DNA from: Deltaproteobacteria bacterium
GTDB taxonomy: Bacteria > Desulfobacterota > Syntrophobacteria > BM002
DNA length: 64,000 nt
Direction: 5' to 3'
Assembly (NCBI GenBank): GCA_037384945.1
Contig: JARRNM010000013.1
Coordinates: forward strand, 1,321 to 65,320
Numbering within the stretch: position 1 is the first letter of the stretch; the number at the start of each line of letters is the position of its first letter. This document shows, in pieces, positions 1 through 9,999 of the stretch. The translations under genes were made by a program, and so were the position numbers. The notes under the pieces are model-generated. The model saw nothing but the letters and a program-made list of their open reading frames with translations, made no database searches and was not told the DNA's origin.

Positions 1-1171
1 ACCGCATCAAGGGAGTCACCTGAAGTAGTTCGTTGGTGGCAATAGTTAAGATAAGACCGAGAAGCAATAAAGGCGACAAGTAGAAGAGGAATTTGCTCCA
101 AAGTAAGCGCTTAATGCTAAGGGGCGCACTCTGCATAATCCAGAAGGCCGAGCCTTCGGCGCTCACCGCCGTAAAGACAAAACGTACCCCAATTGATGCG
201 AGGACAAAGCCGGCCAACCCCACATTCAAAAAGGCGATGAGGTTTTGTAGATAAAAGGTGGGCAAACGAGGCCTGTCTAAGGGCAGAACACTGTAGTTAT
301 AAAGATAAAGAACAATGAGGGCAAAGATCAGGAGCAACTGTGACCACTGGGTATTGTCTCGGAAAACACTGGCCATAGCAGTTGTCCAGAGAAATCCTTG
401 ATAAAAAATGCTCGAGACACTCGAGGCTTGCAGAAGAGGCCAGACCGCCTCGCTGGCCCAACTGCTGGGTAAATAAGGTGAGGTGGGAGCGCTCAACGCT
501 CGGAAGTAGGTGATCACACCGGAAAAAGAGTCGGGATCTACCAACCGTTCCGGCCGGGTGAAGCGTAAGAGAAATAAGAGAAGTATAACTACCAGAATTG
601 ACAGGAGAAGAAGTATGTCCCGGGTACGCTGGGAAGGAAAGATCTGCACCAGAATCATTGTCAGGGTTATCCCCAGAGAGGCCGCCAGAATGAGGTAGGG
701 CACAATTACGCTGATAAGACCAAAATAATAGGCAAGGGATGCCCTGTACACCAGGCCATAGGCGGTAAAGACCGGAATGCCAAAAAGGAGAACCATCCAT
801 GAACTCTCGAGCAAGGTCTCCAGAAAACGAGCTGCAAATATCTCTGCTATGGAAACCGGGGTCGCGTGAATTGTTTCCAGATCTTGTGACAGGAAGAAGG
901 TGTTAAGAGCGACGAGCACGTTGCTGAAGACCAACAAGCCAAAAAAGGTGAGGAACACCATGGTAAGAAGCTTGTAGGCCAACAGGTCACCGAATTCTTC
1001 AACTGCCTGGAAGTAGCGCAGCACCCGGTGAAAGATCACATAGATCCCTGCCCAAAATCCGAGAGCCATGAGCAGCAAGGAGCCGGTCTTGACAAAAGAT
1101 CGGCGGCCGCCAAAGAGGAGGCTGTTTCTGAAACCCCACCATCGTGGGGCAAGTAAAACAAGTACTTTCAT
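1..1171 (-). CDS. Putative ABC-exporter-type integral membrane permease. Partial: the C-terminus runs off the window start.
   Basis: Uninterrupted minus-strand reading frame from ATG at 1171 to position 1. It is absent from the ORF track because it has no in-window stop. Translation MKVLVLLAPRWWGFRNSLLFGGRRSFVKTGSLLLMALGFWAGIYVIFH... is strongly hydrophobic and multi-TM. It lies downstream of the ABC ATPase gene on the same strand. Confidence 0.55.
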   Translation of the reverse strand, partial: MKVLVLLAPRWWGFRNSLLFGGRRSFVKTGSLLLMALGFWAGIYVIFHRVLRYFQAVEEFGDLLAYKLLTMVFLTFFGLLVFSNVLVALNTFFLSQDLETIHATPVSIAEIFAARFLETLLESSWMVLLFGIPVFTAYGLVYRASLAYYFGLISVIVPYLILAASLGITLTMILVQIFPSQRTRDILLLLSILVVILLLFLLRFTRPERLVDPDSFSGVITYFRALSAPTSPYLPSSWASEAVWPLLQASSVSSIFYQGFLWTTAMASVFRDNTQWSQLLLIFALIVLYLYNYSVLPLDRPRLPTFYLQNLIAFLNVGLAGFVLASIGVRFVFTAVSAEGSAFWIMQSAPLSIKRLLWSKFLFYLSPLLLLGLILTIATNELLQVTPLMR

Positions 1172-1174
1172 ACT

Positions 1175-1575
1175 AATACGTCCGTAGTCCGTGGTCCATT
1201 GCTCAAATAGTTCAAATCGTTGAAATCGTTAAGGTCGAAGAAATCGTCCAAACCGTAGAAACCGTAGAAGTCGTCAATTCGTCAAATGGTCAAATAGGTA
1301 ATGCGTCATTGACTCCATTCATAACCCTTTGACTAGTCGACAAATTGACCATTTGACTTGCTGTCGTCTGTCGTCTGACCTCTGATCTCCGACTTCCGAC
1401 CTCTGTCTCCTATCTCCTGTCTCCCGGATTCAGAATTCTGCCTCGGGGATACTCTCTCTATGCTCCATGCTCTGTGCCCTATGCCTTGTGCCCTGAGCCT
1501 TTCGCCACTTACCCTATGCTCTATGCGCCGCAAGGTTTTGAGCAACGGACAACTGACCGCGGACCACGGACATTT
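1175..1575. repeat. ~400 bp MITE-like composite element with imperfect ~30 bp terminal inverted repeats. It also carries internal heptamer-like tandem modules (GTCGTCT..., CTATGCTCCATGCTCT...).
   Basis: Left end GTCCGTAGTCCGTGGTCCATTGCTCAAA and right end TTGAGCAACGGACAACTGACCGCGGACCACGGAC are reverse complements. An inverted homologous copy lies at 35745-36160. ORF 1333..1545 inside it is judged spurious. Confidence 0.6.
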
Positions 1576-2335
1576 ATTGGTGAATGAACTCGGTGTGCTC
1601 GGAACTATCCCCCTCTCCCCCAGTTAAGTGTAGAAATATGGACTCCAAGCGTGTATCTTCCTGCCCGGCCAGATCCTTGAGCTCGCCAACCGTTCCCTCT
1701 GCCAAAAGTTTTCCCCTTTGGATAATGCCGATGCGATCGCAAAGCTCCTCAGCGATTCCCAGGGTATGAGTGGACATGAAGACGGTGAGGCCGTCCCTTC
1801 GCATTTCATGGAAGATTCGTTTGATCAGTCGGGCGCCTTTGGGATCCAAGCCTACTAGAGGTTCATCCACCACGAATACCCGGGGCTGGTGGAGAAGAGC
1901 AGCACTCATGATCAGCCGCTGTTTCATCCCATGGGAATAGCTCCCTACCAACTCCCCGCCCCACTCTGCCAGTTCGAAGAGCTCGAGAAACTGCTGAATC
2001 CTTTTCTCTCTTCCCCCGGTGTTGAGTCCGTAGAGGTTGGCCATCAAGGTCATGAATTCCACCCCGGTGAGCTTGTCGTAAAGAAACGGACGGTCCGGAA
2101 TGAATCCTACTCGTGCCTTCACTTCCAAAGGATTTTTCCTTAATTCCAGTCCATCAATAAATATACGACCGGAGGTGGGACGCATGATCCCTGCCAGCAT
2201 CTTGATGGTCGTCGTCTTGCCCGCGCCGTTAGGCCCTAGAAAGCCATAGATCTCCCCAGCGGCCACCCTTATGCTGACGTTGTCAACTGCAGTGACCTGT
2301 TTAAAATGTTTTGTCAGTTTCTCCAGACGGATCAT
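1574..2335 (-). CDS. ABC transporter ATP-binding protein (ABC-2/CcmA-like)
   Basis: Walker A GPNGAGKTT, ABC signature LSGGM-like HGMKQRL, Walker B VFVVDEP. Confidence 0.9.
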   Translation of the reverse strand: MIRLEKLTKHFKQVTAVDNVSIRVAAGEIYGFLGPNGAGKTTTIKMLAGIMRPTSGRIFIDGLELRKNPLEVKARVGFIPDRPFLYDKLTGVEFMTLMANLYGLNTGGREKRIQQFLELFELAEWGGELVGSYSHGMKQRLIMSAALLHQPRVFVVDEPLVGLDPKGARLIKRIFHEMRRDGLTVFMSTHTLGIAEELCDRIGIIQRGKLLAEGTVGELKDLAGQEDTRLESIFLHLTGGEGDSSEHTEFIHQ

Positions 2336-2355
2336 GGACCATCCCTCACCAGGCC

Positions 2356-3822
2356 CTATTCATAACCCAGCACCTTTATGGACACTCGTCCCAATGTTCT
2401 AACTAACTCAACCTGACGGTCCAACTCTCCTCTAGGAACTTGATTCATCAGAGAATCCACAGCGATCCACTCTCCAAGAAAGACTTCGTTCCAAGCGTGG
2501 TAATAGAAGCGACCCTCGGTGTAGAGCAGACCCGTAACGATCCTGGTAGGGATGCCCGCTGCCCGGGCGAGGGCAGCAAAAAGCACACTGTGCTCATTAC
2601 AGTCTCCCGCTCGTGATTCATAGACCGCCAAGGCATTAGGAATGGATAAGGTGGGCCGTTTTTCAAGGTTTTGGTAGACCCAAAAACTTATCATTTTTAC
2701 GGCTTGCAAACCATTCCTCTCCTGCCCAACGATTTCAGATGCCTGCTCTTTCATTTCTGCCGCGTCGCTTTGAACCAGCAAGCTTGGCTGTAAATCCCGA
2801 GCCAGCGGCGGACTGTTCACCGGGATTTTAGCAGAGGAGATTTCTTGCAGAGATTCTTTCACCACAACGAGTTCTCCGTTGCTCCACTTTTGCCTTCCTC
2901 CTGCCAAATCCCAACCGTCACCAGTAATACCCGTTAGTTGCAAGCGCAGACGTTTAAGCTGCCTGGGTTTAGCAATAGTCCGGTCTGGAACCACGGCAGC
3001 CTCTCGCACCAGTTCAGCACCCTTGCCTTCCCTAAACCCCTTGAGGGCATCCTCGCGATCACTCCTGACCATGGTCAACCCGAGGAATCCCTCTTCCTTG
3101 AGCAATTCCCCATAGGGGCTAATCCATGATCTGACTTGGACGCCGCGAAAGTCCATTAGCAGTCGGTAAGCCTCCAGGTCTCGCGAACGGACTCGGACAG
3201 TCTCCTTCCCTGCAACTCGTAACGGCACCATGGTTTGACTCATAGTGGCCGGATCGAAAAGGGCAAATCTATAGGTTTTCCCCACCTCCAAAGGCTGCTG
3301 AGAAATGAAAAACTTCATCCCGCTGCTCAGGTAAATGGGATGAGAGAGGGGTAATTGCTGGCTCTGTTCTTGACCGGCCATTTGGCTTACGAGTATCAAG
3401 TTGCCTTCCCTCACTCCGCCCCGCAGCCGGTAGTTTACCGGGCCGGCTTGAAGCCTAAAAATGAATGATTTCACGGAGAAATCTTCTTCAAGGTTTGCTT
3501 GAACCAAGGAGGATATATCCTGAACTTCCCCCAGGAAATTGAGACGCAGGAAGAGCTCCTCATTTACCATGTAGCCGACCGCCCGGGGCCGAAGCTCATT
3601 ATGAGCGTATCCTACCCTGTCTCCGTGTTGATATATGGCAAACCACTCCTGTTGAATTTCTTCTTTGGCAAGCTTTTGTACTTCTGGCGTGAGAACCTCT
3701 CCCCCGCCCCGGTTTAGTCGAGTGTAAAAAACCCCAGCATAGACCAGCCAAGCAACCAGAATGGCAATGCCAATGGAGATGGCAAACCTTCTTTTCCACA
3801 GGCTCTTACTGTCTGCGCTCAT
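2356..3822 (-). CDS. Transglutaminase-like cysteine protease domain protein with an N-terminal TM anchor
   Basis: N-terminal TM helix. C-terminal transglutaminase core GDCNEHSVLF ... YHAWNEV ... D. Confidence 0.8.
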   Translation of the reverse strand: MSADSKSLWKRRFAISIGIAILVAWLVYAGVFYTRLNRGGGEVLTPEVQKLAKEEIQQEWFAIYQHGDRVGYAHNELRPRAVGYMVNEELFLRLNFLGEVQDISSLVQANLEEDFSVKSFIFRLQAGPVNYRLRGGVREGNLILVSQMAGQEQSQQLPLSHPIYLSSGMKFFISQQPLEVGKTYRFALFDPATMSQTMVPLRVAGKETVRVRSRDLEAYRLLMDFRGVQVRSWISPYGELLKEEGFLGLTMVRSDREDALKGFREGKGAELVREAAVVPDRTIAKPRQLKRLRLQLTGITGDGWDLAGGRQKWSNGELVVVKESLQEISSAKIPVNSPPLARDLQPSLLVQSDAAEMKEQASEIVGQERNGLQAVKMISFWVYQNLEKRPTLSIPNALAVYESRAGDCNEHSVLFAALARAAGIPTRIVTGLLYTEGRFYYHAWNEVFLGEWIAVDSLMNQVPRGELDRQVELVRTLGRVSIKVLGYE

Positions 3823-4507
3823 TCTGTCTGCGCCTCACCAGATTCTCGCCGTTCCGCACCGTCTGTTGGAAGATTCTCTGGTCCAGGCCAGCCCCAAGGG
3901 CGATTTTCTCCCTCATATCCCTAGACAACAGGTCTCCCGGCCCATGGGCGTCCGAGTTCAGTATGAGCCTGGCTCCGGCTGCCTGAGCCACTCGGGCCAC
4001 GTGTCCATTGGTGAAGGAATGTCCTTTGCGCCCTGAGATCTCCAAGAGTATGCCGCGACGAGCGGCCAGGGCTGCCTCCTCCTCCGTCAGCAGTCCGGGA
4101 TGGGCCAGAATGTCTATGTCAGCCTCCAGACCAGCCCGGTTTGTACCGGTCAGAACCGGCTCCACAATTGTTTCGCCGTGAACCACCACCAACTTTGCCC
4201 CCAACTTCCTGGCCTCAGATGCAAGAGTTCCTATGGTTGCAGGCGGCACGTGGGTGAGTTCAATACCAGGAATCGCCTGGATTCGATTGTAACGGTTAAT
4301 CTCTTCCGTGGCCCTCACCACCCGGGGAATGATTAAATCCAGATTGCTGCGGTCAGCGTGATCGGTGATACCAATGTACTGGTACCCCATATGTTCAGCT
4401 CGTCGCACCAGCTCGCTTACCACTAATACGCCATCACTAAAGAGGGAGTGAGTATGGAGATCAATCAAAATGTGTCTCCTTTCGTTTCTCCTGTTCCGCG
4501 ACTTCAC
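3806..4507 (-). CDS. PHP-domain metal-dependent phosphoesterase (TrpH/YciV-like)
   Basis: ILIDLHTHSLFSDG ... GITDHAD motifs of the PHP superfamily. Overlaps the transglutaminase gene start, which suggests an operon. Confidence 0.8.
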   Translation of the reverse strand: MKSRNRRNERRHILIDLHTHSLFSDGVLVVSELVRRAEHMGYQYIGITDHADRSNLDLIIPRVVRATEEINRYNRIQAIPGIELTHVPPATIGTLASEARKLGAKLVVVHGETIVEPVLTGTNRAGLEADIDILAHPGLLTEEEAALAARRGILLEISGRKGHSFTNGHVARVAQAAGARLILNSDAHGPGDLLSRDMREKIALGAGLDQRIFQQTVRNGENLVRRRQNERRQ

Positions 4508-4640
4508 TTAACTGTACAGGCCCGGCTCGTGCGTTTTCTGTCTTACACACCACAGACTATGCACGAACCGTTCCGTGTCGAGCATTATAATCTGGACTCT
4601 GATCTTAATGGGTGCTAAAGGGGTTGACAAGGGTATTCAG

Positions 4641-4720
4641 AGATTTTTGATTTGGGATTGCGGATTGCGGATTTGGGAAGGCATAGGGCATGGGGTACCA
4701 AAATTTCGAATTTCGAAATC
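4641..4720. repeat. Intergenic hairpin repeat, family A (GATTGCGGATTGCGGATTTGGG ... AAATTTCGAATTTCGAAATC) with a CATAGGGCATGGGG module
   Basis: Related copies at 15484-15603, 17072-17210, 42415-42520, 45925-46030 and 59480-59530. Confidence 0.55.
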
Positions 4721-4759
4721 AATAGAGCCGGCTCCCGCATTCTTTGATTGCCACAGCTT

Positions 4760-5257
4760 TCACATCTTGTACTTGCCGAAGTCCTCCGGGGAGAGATTTT
4801 CCAGAATATCAGTCCATTTTTTGGCCTCCTCATCCTTGATCTCGGCCTTGGGTTCGGCTTCCAGTCTTCCAGACTTTTCTATTACTTTTTCGTCTACATA
4901 AATTTTTGCCTCGGTTCTCAGTGCTATAGCAAGGGCGTCACTGGGTCGGGCGTCTATCTTGCTCTCCTCGCCATTAATAGATAAATAGATCCAGGCATAA
5001 AAAGTGTTGTCTTTCAGGTCGCAGACCTCTACCTTGTTTACCTTGACCCCCAAGTGGCTCATTAAATTTCTGATTAGATCATGAGTCATGGGACGGGAAA
5101 ATTGTACCTTTTCAAGCTCGGTGGCAATGGCGGTAGCCTCTAATAAGCCAATCCAAATAGGCAGTGAGACCTCGCTCTGCGGATCCTTCAACACAACGAT
5201 GGGCGTATTGGTCTGCGGATCCATGGTAAGACCCGATATCTTCATCTCCCGCACCAT
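4760..5257 (-). CDS. Bifunctional nuclease family protein (DUF151) with a C-terminal UVR-like motif
   Basis: MVREMKISGLTMDPQTNTPIVVLKD... matches the DUF151/BFN fold. Start chosen at the internal Met to avoid the overlap with miaB. Confidence 0.7.
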   Translation of the reverse strand: MVREMKISGLTMDPQTNTPIVVLKDPQSEVSLPIWIGLLEATAIATELEKVQFSRPMTHDLIRNLMSHLGVKVNKVEVCDLKDNTFYAWIYLSINGEESKIDARPSDALAIALRTEAKIYVDEKVIEKSGRLEAEPKAEIKDEEAKKWTDILENLSPEDFGKYKM

Positions 5258-6639
5258 GATCTCTCCTTCGCGACTTTCAGATTCACCTTTTCTTCCAGAC
5301 AAACCACACCCTCTAAAGAGTGGGCATGGGCTGTGGTAATCAAGATGGGTATTTCCTCACCAACCATGTGGGGCGCACCCTCAAAATTTACCACCCTGTT
5401 CTGCGGAGTCCGCCCGCTCAGCTGATATCCGCCCATCTGACTCGGTCCTTCAACCAGTACCAGGGATGTCTGCCCCACCTGGGCTTCGTTCTTCTCCAAA
5501 GTTATCCGTTCTTGCAGTTCCTGTAATCTCTGCAAGCGCTCCAGCTTGATCTCTTCTTCAACCTTGCCGTCCAGCAACCTGGCGGCGGCTTTGGCTCGAT
5601 CCGAGTATTTGAAAGAGAAAAGTCCATCAAAGCGAACTTCTTCGAGCAGACTCAGGCTCAGTCGGAAATCCTCCTCTTTCTCACCTGGAAAACCTACTAT
5701 CATGTCTGAGGAGACCGCCACGTCCTTCCGGATTTCTCTTAAGTCCTTGATCAATTCCAGATAGTGACTTCTAGTGTAGCCGCGATTCATCCGCTGGAGA
5801 ATATCGTCAGAGCCCGACTGCACCGGGAGATGAATGTGAGGACAGAGCGGCGGCAGTTCAGAAAAACAGCGCATAAGCGTTGGCGACAGGTCTTTCGGAT
5901 GGGAGGTAGTAAAGCGAATACGCCACAACCCTTTCACTCTTGCCACTCGCTGAAGCAGGCCGGCAAAATCCACTTCCCCGGAAACACCCCGACCGTAGGA
6001 GTTCACATTCTGGCCGAGTAGAGTAACCTCCCGTACGCCGCATTCAATCAGGCTTTCCACCTCCCTGACAATCTCATGGCTTGGCCGACTGCACTCCCTG
6101 CCCCGGACCATGGGCACAATGCAGTAGCTACAAAAATTATCGCAACCTCTCATGATGGTCACGAAGGCCGAGACTTCAGGCTTACGAGGTTGCGTCCTGC
6201 CATCCGCTGCGTCGCCAAACTCGTAAGAGAAACTTACCCAGGCCTGCCTTTCTCCGGTGGCTTCAAAGCGGGCGAGCATGGCCGGAACTTTGCTTATAGA
6301 ATGAGTTCCCACCACCAGGTCCAAATGGGGCCATCGGACCAATAATTCCTCTCCATATTGCTGAGCCACGCAACCGCCCAAGGCCACCACCAGTTCCGGG
6401 CGATTACGTTTGAGAGTCTTGAGCCGTCCCAAATAGCTGAAGGCCTTTTGCTCTGCCTTGTCGCGCACAGAACAGGTGTTGATGAATATCAGATCTGCCC
6501 TCCGATAATCCTCCACAGCTATAAATTGCTCTCCTGCAAGGATCTCCACCAACCGTTCACTGTCGTAACGGTTCATCTGGCAACCGAAGGTTCGGACAAA
6601 TACTCCCTTTCCTTCATTCTTGCCGGATCGGCTCACCAT
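5242..6639 (-). CDS. miaB: tRNA-2-methylthio-N6-dimethylallyladenosine synthase (radical SAM methylthiotransferase, MiaB type)
   Basis: N-terminal MTTase domain FGCQMN, radical SAM CxxxCxxC (CDNFCSYC), C-terminal TRAM domain. Confidence 0.85.
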   Translation of the reverse strand: MVSRSGKNEGKGVFVRTFGCQMNRYDSERLVEILAGEQFIAVEDYRRADLIFINTCSVRDKAEQKAFSYLGRLKTLKRNRPELVVALGGCVAQQYGEELLVRWPHLDLVVGTHSISKVPAMLARFEATGERQAWVSFSYEFGDAADGRTQPRKPEVSAFVTIMRGCDNFCSYCIVPMVRGRECSRPSHEIVREVESLIECGVREVTLLGQNVNSYGRGVSGEVDFAGLLQRVARVKGLWRIRFTTSHPKDLSPTLMRCFSELPPLCPHIHLPVQSGSDDILQRMNRGYTRSHYLELIKDLREIRKDVAVSSDMIVGFPGEKEEDFRLSLSLLEEVRFDGLFSFKYSDRAKAAARLLDGKVEEEIKLERLQRLQELQERITLEKNEAQVGQTSLVLVEGPSQMGGYQLSGRTPQNRVVNFEGAPHMVGEEIPILITTAHAHSLEGVVCLEEKVNLKVAKERSWCGR

Positions 6640-7417
6640 CAGAGCTCCCTTCCAGTTCTTTCTGAAGCTTGCTTATCTTCTTTGTGGCCTGCGACAGTCG
6701 TCTGGCTAAATTGGCGATAATTTTCTTGGCAATCTCAGGATGTTCTTCAATCATATCTTGAATGTCATCGCCCGAATATACCTGAACCACGCTATTTCCT
6801 TTGGATATTATGGTTGCAGAGCGTGCTTCCTTCAGTACGCTCGCCATCTCCCCGAAAAACTCGCCAGGATTACTAATATAGCCGACCTCCTTGCCACCCT
6901 TCAATACCACCAGCCCCTGTTCTGCGGATACAAGTTTGAAAATATCAGTCTCTCTCGCCCCCTCGTGAATAATCACTTCGTTGTCTCCATAAAAACGCAT
7001 GTCTATGTTCTGCGTTTTGCTCTCAGAGTTCTCCAGCCCTACGGCTTGAATTGTCTGGGTCAGCTGACTCAGAAGAGAGGCCAAGATCCCTCTGCTCATC
7101 TGCGGCCGCTCGTACAGGATGAACTCTATGGCATCTCGGTCATACAGGGCTATTCTGGTACTATCTAGTGAGCGCGCACTTACGCTGGAAGGCCGATTCA
7201 AGAAACAGCTCTCCAACCCGAATACATCCCTTTCCCCGAGGATGGCCAGTTGGCGGTTGTGGCGGAGGATCTTCACATTTCCGCTGAGAACTACGTAAAA
7301 GTGATTGCTGTGCTCTCCCTCGGAAACAATCTCCTTGTCTTCGCCGTAGGTGCGAATTTCTAAAGCGGTTGCCCCGTCTTCTAGGTCTAAGTCTTTCTGC
7401 CCTTCTCCATCCACCAC
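6614..7417 (-). CDS. Tandem cyclic-nucleotide-binding (CAP_ED) domain protein
   Basis: Two cNMP-binding-like segments (FGEMASV..., FGLESCF...). Confidence 0.7.
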   Translation of the reverse strand: MVDGEGQKDLDLEDGATALEIRTYGEDKEIVSEGEHSNHFYVVLSGNVKILRHNRQLAILGERDVFGLESCFLNRPSSVSARSLDSTRIALYDRDAIEFILYERPQMSRGILASLLSQLTQTIQAVGLENSESKTQNIDMRFYGDNEVIIHEGARETDIFKLVSAEQGLVVLKGGKEVGYISNPGEFFGEMASVLKEARSATIISKGNSVVQVYSGDDIQDMIEEHPEIAKKIIANLARRLSQATKKISKLQKELEGSSDGEPIRQE

Positions 7418-7539
7418 AGCTGCACCTCGCAGGCCTCCCCCCTAGAGGCCATGTAGTGCGGCGGCGTTCAAGGATAACCCCGATGGAGGTTAACCTTTAT
7501 CCCAGCCGTCCGCAATTTTCAAGGGCAAATTATTTCTGA

Positions 7540-7773
7540 CTATGGAGCAGTGAGCCGCTCGAGCCCCAGTTCTCCACTCAGGGCCTGCAAGAGAGACTCC
7601 AGGCTGTCCTGGCGTCCCGGTGGCACTGCCAGTTGGATTAAACCTGTCTTAGAATTCAAAGTCGTCAGTGTTGCTAGCCCTTCGTAGGCTTCCAGAATAA
7701 ACTTAAGATAGTGAATCTCATAAGGATCGATCCGGTAGAACAGCAGGTCTGATCGCTTTAGAACAATGGCCAT
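7540..7773 (-). CDS. Hypothetical small protein (77 aa)
   Basis: ORF with reasonable codon usage. No recognisable motif. Confidence 0.35.
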   Translation of the reverse strand: MAIVLKRSDLLFYRIDPYEIHYLKFILEAYEGLATLTTLNSKTGLIQLAVPPGRQDSLESLLQALSGELGLERLTAP

Positions 7774-7914
7774 TGTTTACCTCACGCATCCTGTGTCGTC
7801 ACGTTACCATTTTTGACCAGTGGTTACAAGGGTCATGCCCAATGTCTCGAGGCGCTACGCTGTTCATCCAGAGCCATCGAGCTTTTCTCTAACAATGTTC
7901 AGTCCGGTGATGGC

Positions 7915-8010
7915 CAGTCCGTTGTCGGTAGTCCGTGGTCCGTTGCTTAAAAAAAGAGATCCGAGTTTCACTTTGCAAGGGACAACCGACTACGGACAAC
8001 GGACCTACCC
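7915..8010. repeat. Intergenic hairpin repeat, family B (GTAGTCCGTGGTCCGTTGC ... GACAACCGACTACGGACAACGGACC)
   Basis: GTCCGT-type motifs shared with 1175-1210, 1540-1575, 36120-36160, 46100-46145 and 49665-49780. Confidence 0.55.
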
Positions 8011-8230
8011 AGCTCTTTCCCCTTGACTATGATGGAGAGTTGCGATTTATTCTGCCAAACCACCCCAAGATGAATCGGAGACAGAGAAACGCGGACAAAC
8101 GGAGACCGGGAGGATTGACCACAAGGCCTATACTTGTCTGATTTGATCAAAATCGATATCTTACAGAAATTCGCCTCTCCATCTCACCACCTCGCGGTCT
8201 CACCCTGTCAGCTCCATCAGAAATTATTCT

Positions 8231-9997
8231 TTGTCCGCCCTTTGTGAGCAGGAAAGGATGAACGCTAAAAGTACGCTCGAAACCATTAGGGGAAATCGTT
8301 TCCTTTGGCACCTCAGGGCGGCCAACCACGCTCTCGCTTATGAAATAGAGAAGGCTCTGGCAATCCCTCCATTGATCTGTCTAATCCTCACCACTCGGAA
8401 TATTACTTGCCAGGTGCAGGCTAAGAATTTCCTCTACTCGCGACTCAAAGACATGCACTCTCCATACCAATTGCCAGGTATCGACAAAGCAGTTACCCGC
8501 ATTGCGGGCGCTATAGCTGAAGGAGAGCAAATGGCAATTTATGGGGACTACGATGTGGATGGGATTACCGGCACCGCTCTCCTTGTCCATTTCCTGTCCT
8601 CACTGGGGGGGAGAGTCCATTGGCACATATCCCACCGTATTAAAGAAGGTTACGGTCTCAACAGCGAACCGCTTCAAAGGTTCCACGGCAAGGGAGTCAC
8701 CCTGGTGGTTACGGTGGACTGCGGCAGCACAGACCATCAACCCATTCAGTTGGCACGCGAGCTCGGCATGGACATAATCGTTACCGACCATCATAAGCTG
8801 CCCGATGTCCTTCCGGATGCAAATGCTATTTTGAATCCCCAAGGAATTGAAGAAAAGGGAGAACTAGCAGATCTGGCCGGAGTCGGGGTGGCCTTCTATC
8901 TCGTAACCGCTGTCCGCGCCTATTTCCGTAGTCAGGGTCGATGGACCAGCTCCGAACAACCCAACCTCAAGAAATATCTCGAGCTGGTAGCCTTGGGCAC
9001 ATTAGCGGACATGATGCCACTCACCGGTACTAATAGAGTTCTGGCCTCGGTTGGCCTATCAGAGCTTTCTAAAACACCCAGCCTCGGCCTGCAGGCCCTC
9101 AAAGAAGTCTGTGGTATTCGGGGCAAGAAAGTAAGTGACTGGGATGTATTGTTTCGTTTGGGACCCCGCCTCAATGCTCCCGGACGTCTGGGCGACGGCG
9201 AGCCGGCTCTCCGCCTTCTTTTGACTTCCGACTCTGCAGAAGCGCAAAAACTAGCCCAGCAACTTGAACAGCTCAATCGTCAACGGCAAACATTGGAAAA
9301 ACAACTTTTGGCCGAGGCCTTAAGTCTCATCGACTCAAACAAAGCCCATCAGGAAAACAGCTCGCTTGTCCTCGCCTCGCCGGGCTGGCATAAAGGTGTT
9401 TTGGGGCTCGTAGCCTCGCGCTTGACTGAGCGCTTCGGCAAACCAACCATTCTCCTCACTCAGGTAGACGAGATCTGGGAGGGATCCGGGCGCAGTGTCG
9501 CCAACTTCGATCTTTATCGGGCACTAGCTCGGTGTAAGAAGTACCTGGCTCGATTCGGCGGTCATCGGTTAGCTGCGGGGGTAGGTCTTGCTCAGAGCCA
9601 ACTCGGTGAGTTCCGCCGCGCCTTTGAACAAGTGGTAAAGGAGGAGATTACTCCAGAAGACAGCCAGCAGCCAAGGAAATTCGATGCTATGGTTCGTCTG
9701 GAGGAAATCACCCCAGAGTTGATGACCTATCTCGAACGAATGCAACCTTACGGTGTGGGCAATCCGGAGCCTGTTTTTTGCTGTCGAGATTTCCAGGTGG
9801 AAGACCCTCAGATACTGCAGGGGAGTCATTGGCGTCTGAGGCTGCGGCAGGGCAGAGTTCGTTTGCCAGGCATAGGTTTCAATCTCTTGGAGTTCGATCA
9901 ATCGTTACCCTTGCCTCAGTTTTTACTGTTCAGCCCCAGATGGAACCACTGGCGCGGCGAGCGACAAATCCAGCTGCATATCATTGACTACAAATAA
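8231..9997 (+). CDS. recJ: Single-stranded-DNA-specific exonuclease RecJ
   Basis: DHH motifs (YGDYDVDGITG, VTVDCGS, TDHH) and the DHHA1 region. Confidence 0.9.
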   Translation: MSALCEQERMNAKSTLETIRGNRFLWHLRAANHALAYEIEKALAIPPLICLILTTRNITCQVQAKNFLYSRLKDMHSPYQLPGIDKAVTRIAGAIAEGEQMAIYGDYDVDGITGTALLVHFLSSLGGRVHWHISHRIKEGYGLNSEPLQRFHGKGVTLVVTVDCGSTDHQPIQLARELGMDIIVTDHHKLPDVLPDANAILNPQGIEEKGELADLAGVGVAFYLVTAVRAYFRSQGRWTSSEQPNLKKYLELVALGTLADMMPLTGTNRVLASVGLSELSKTPSLGLQALKEVCGIRGKKVSDWDVLFRLGPRLNAPGRLGDGEPALRLLLTSDSAEAQKLAQQLEQLNRQRQTLEKQLLAEALSLIDSNKAHQENSSLVLASPGWHKGVLGLVASRLTERFGKPTILLTQVDEIWEGSGRSVANFDLYRALARCKKYLARFGGHRLAAGVGLAQSQLGEFRRAFEQVVKEEITPEDSQQPRKFDAMVRLEEITPELMTYLERMQPYGVGNPEPVFCCRDFQVEDPQILQGSHWRLRLRQGRVRLPGIGFNLLEFDQSLPLPQFLLFSPRWNHWRGERQIQLHIIDYK

Positions 9998-9999
9998 GC

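Noticed and set aside
297-800. 167-aa minus-strand ORF
   Set aside because: A different frame of the long uninterrupted permease reading frame (1..1171), whose translation is convincingly multi-TM. This ORF has no membrane character.
1333-1545. 70-aa ORF
   Set aside because: Lies wholly within the MITE-like repeat. Low-complexity Arg/Ser-rich translation.
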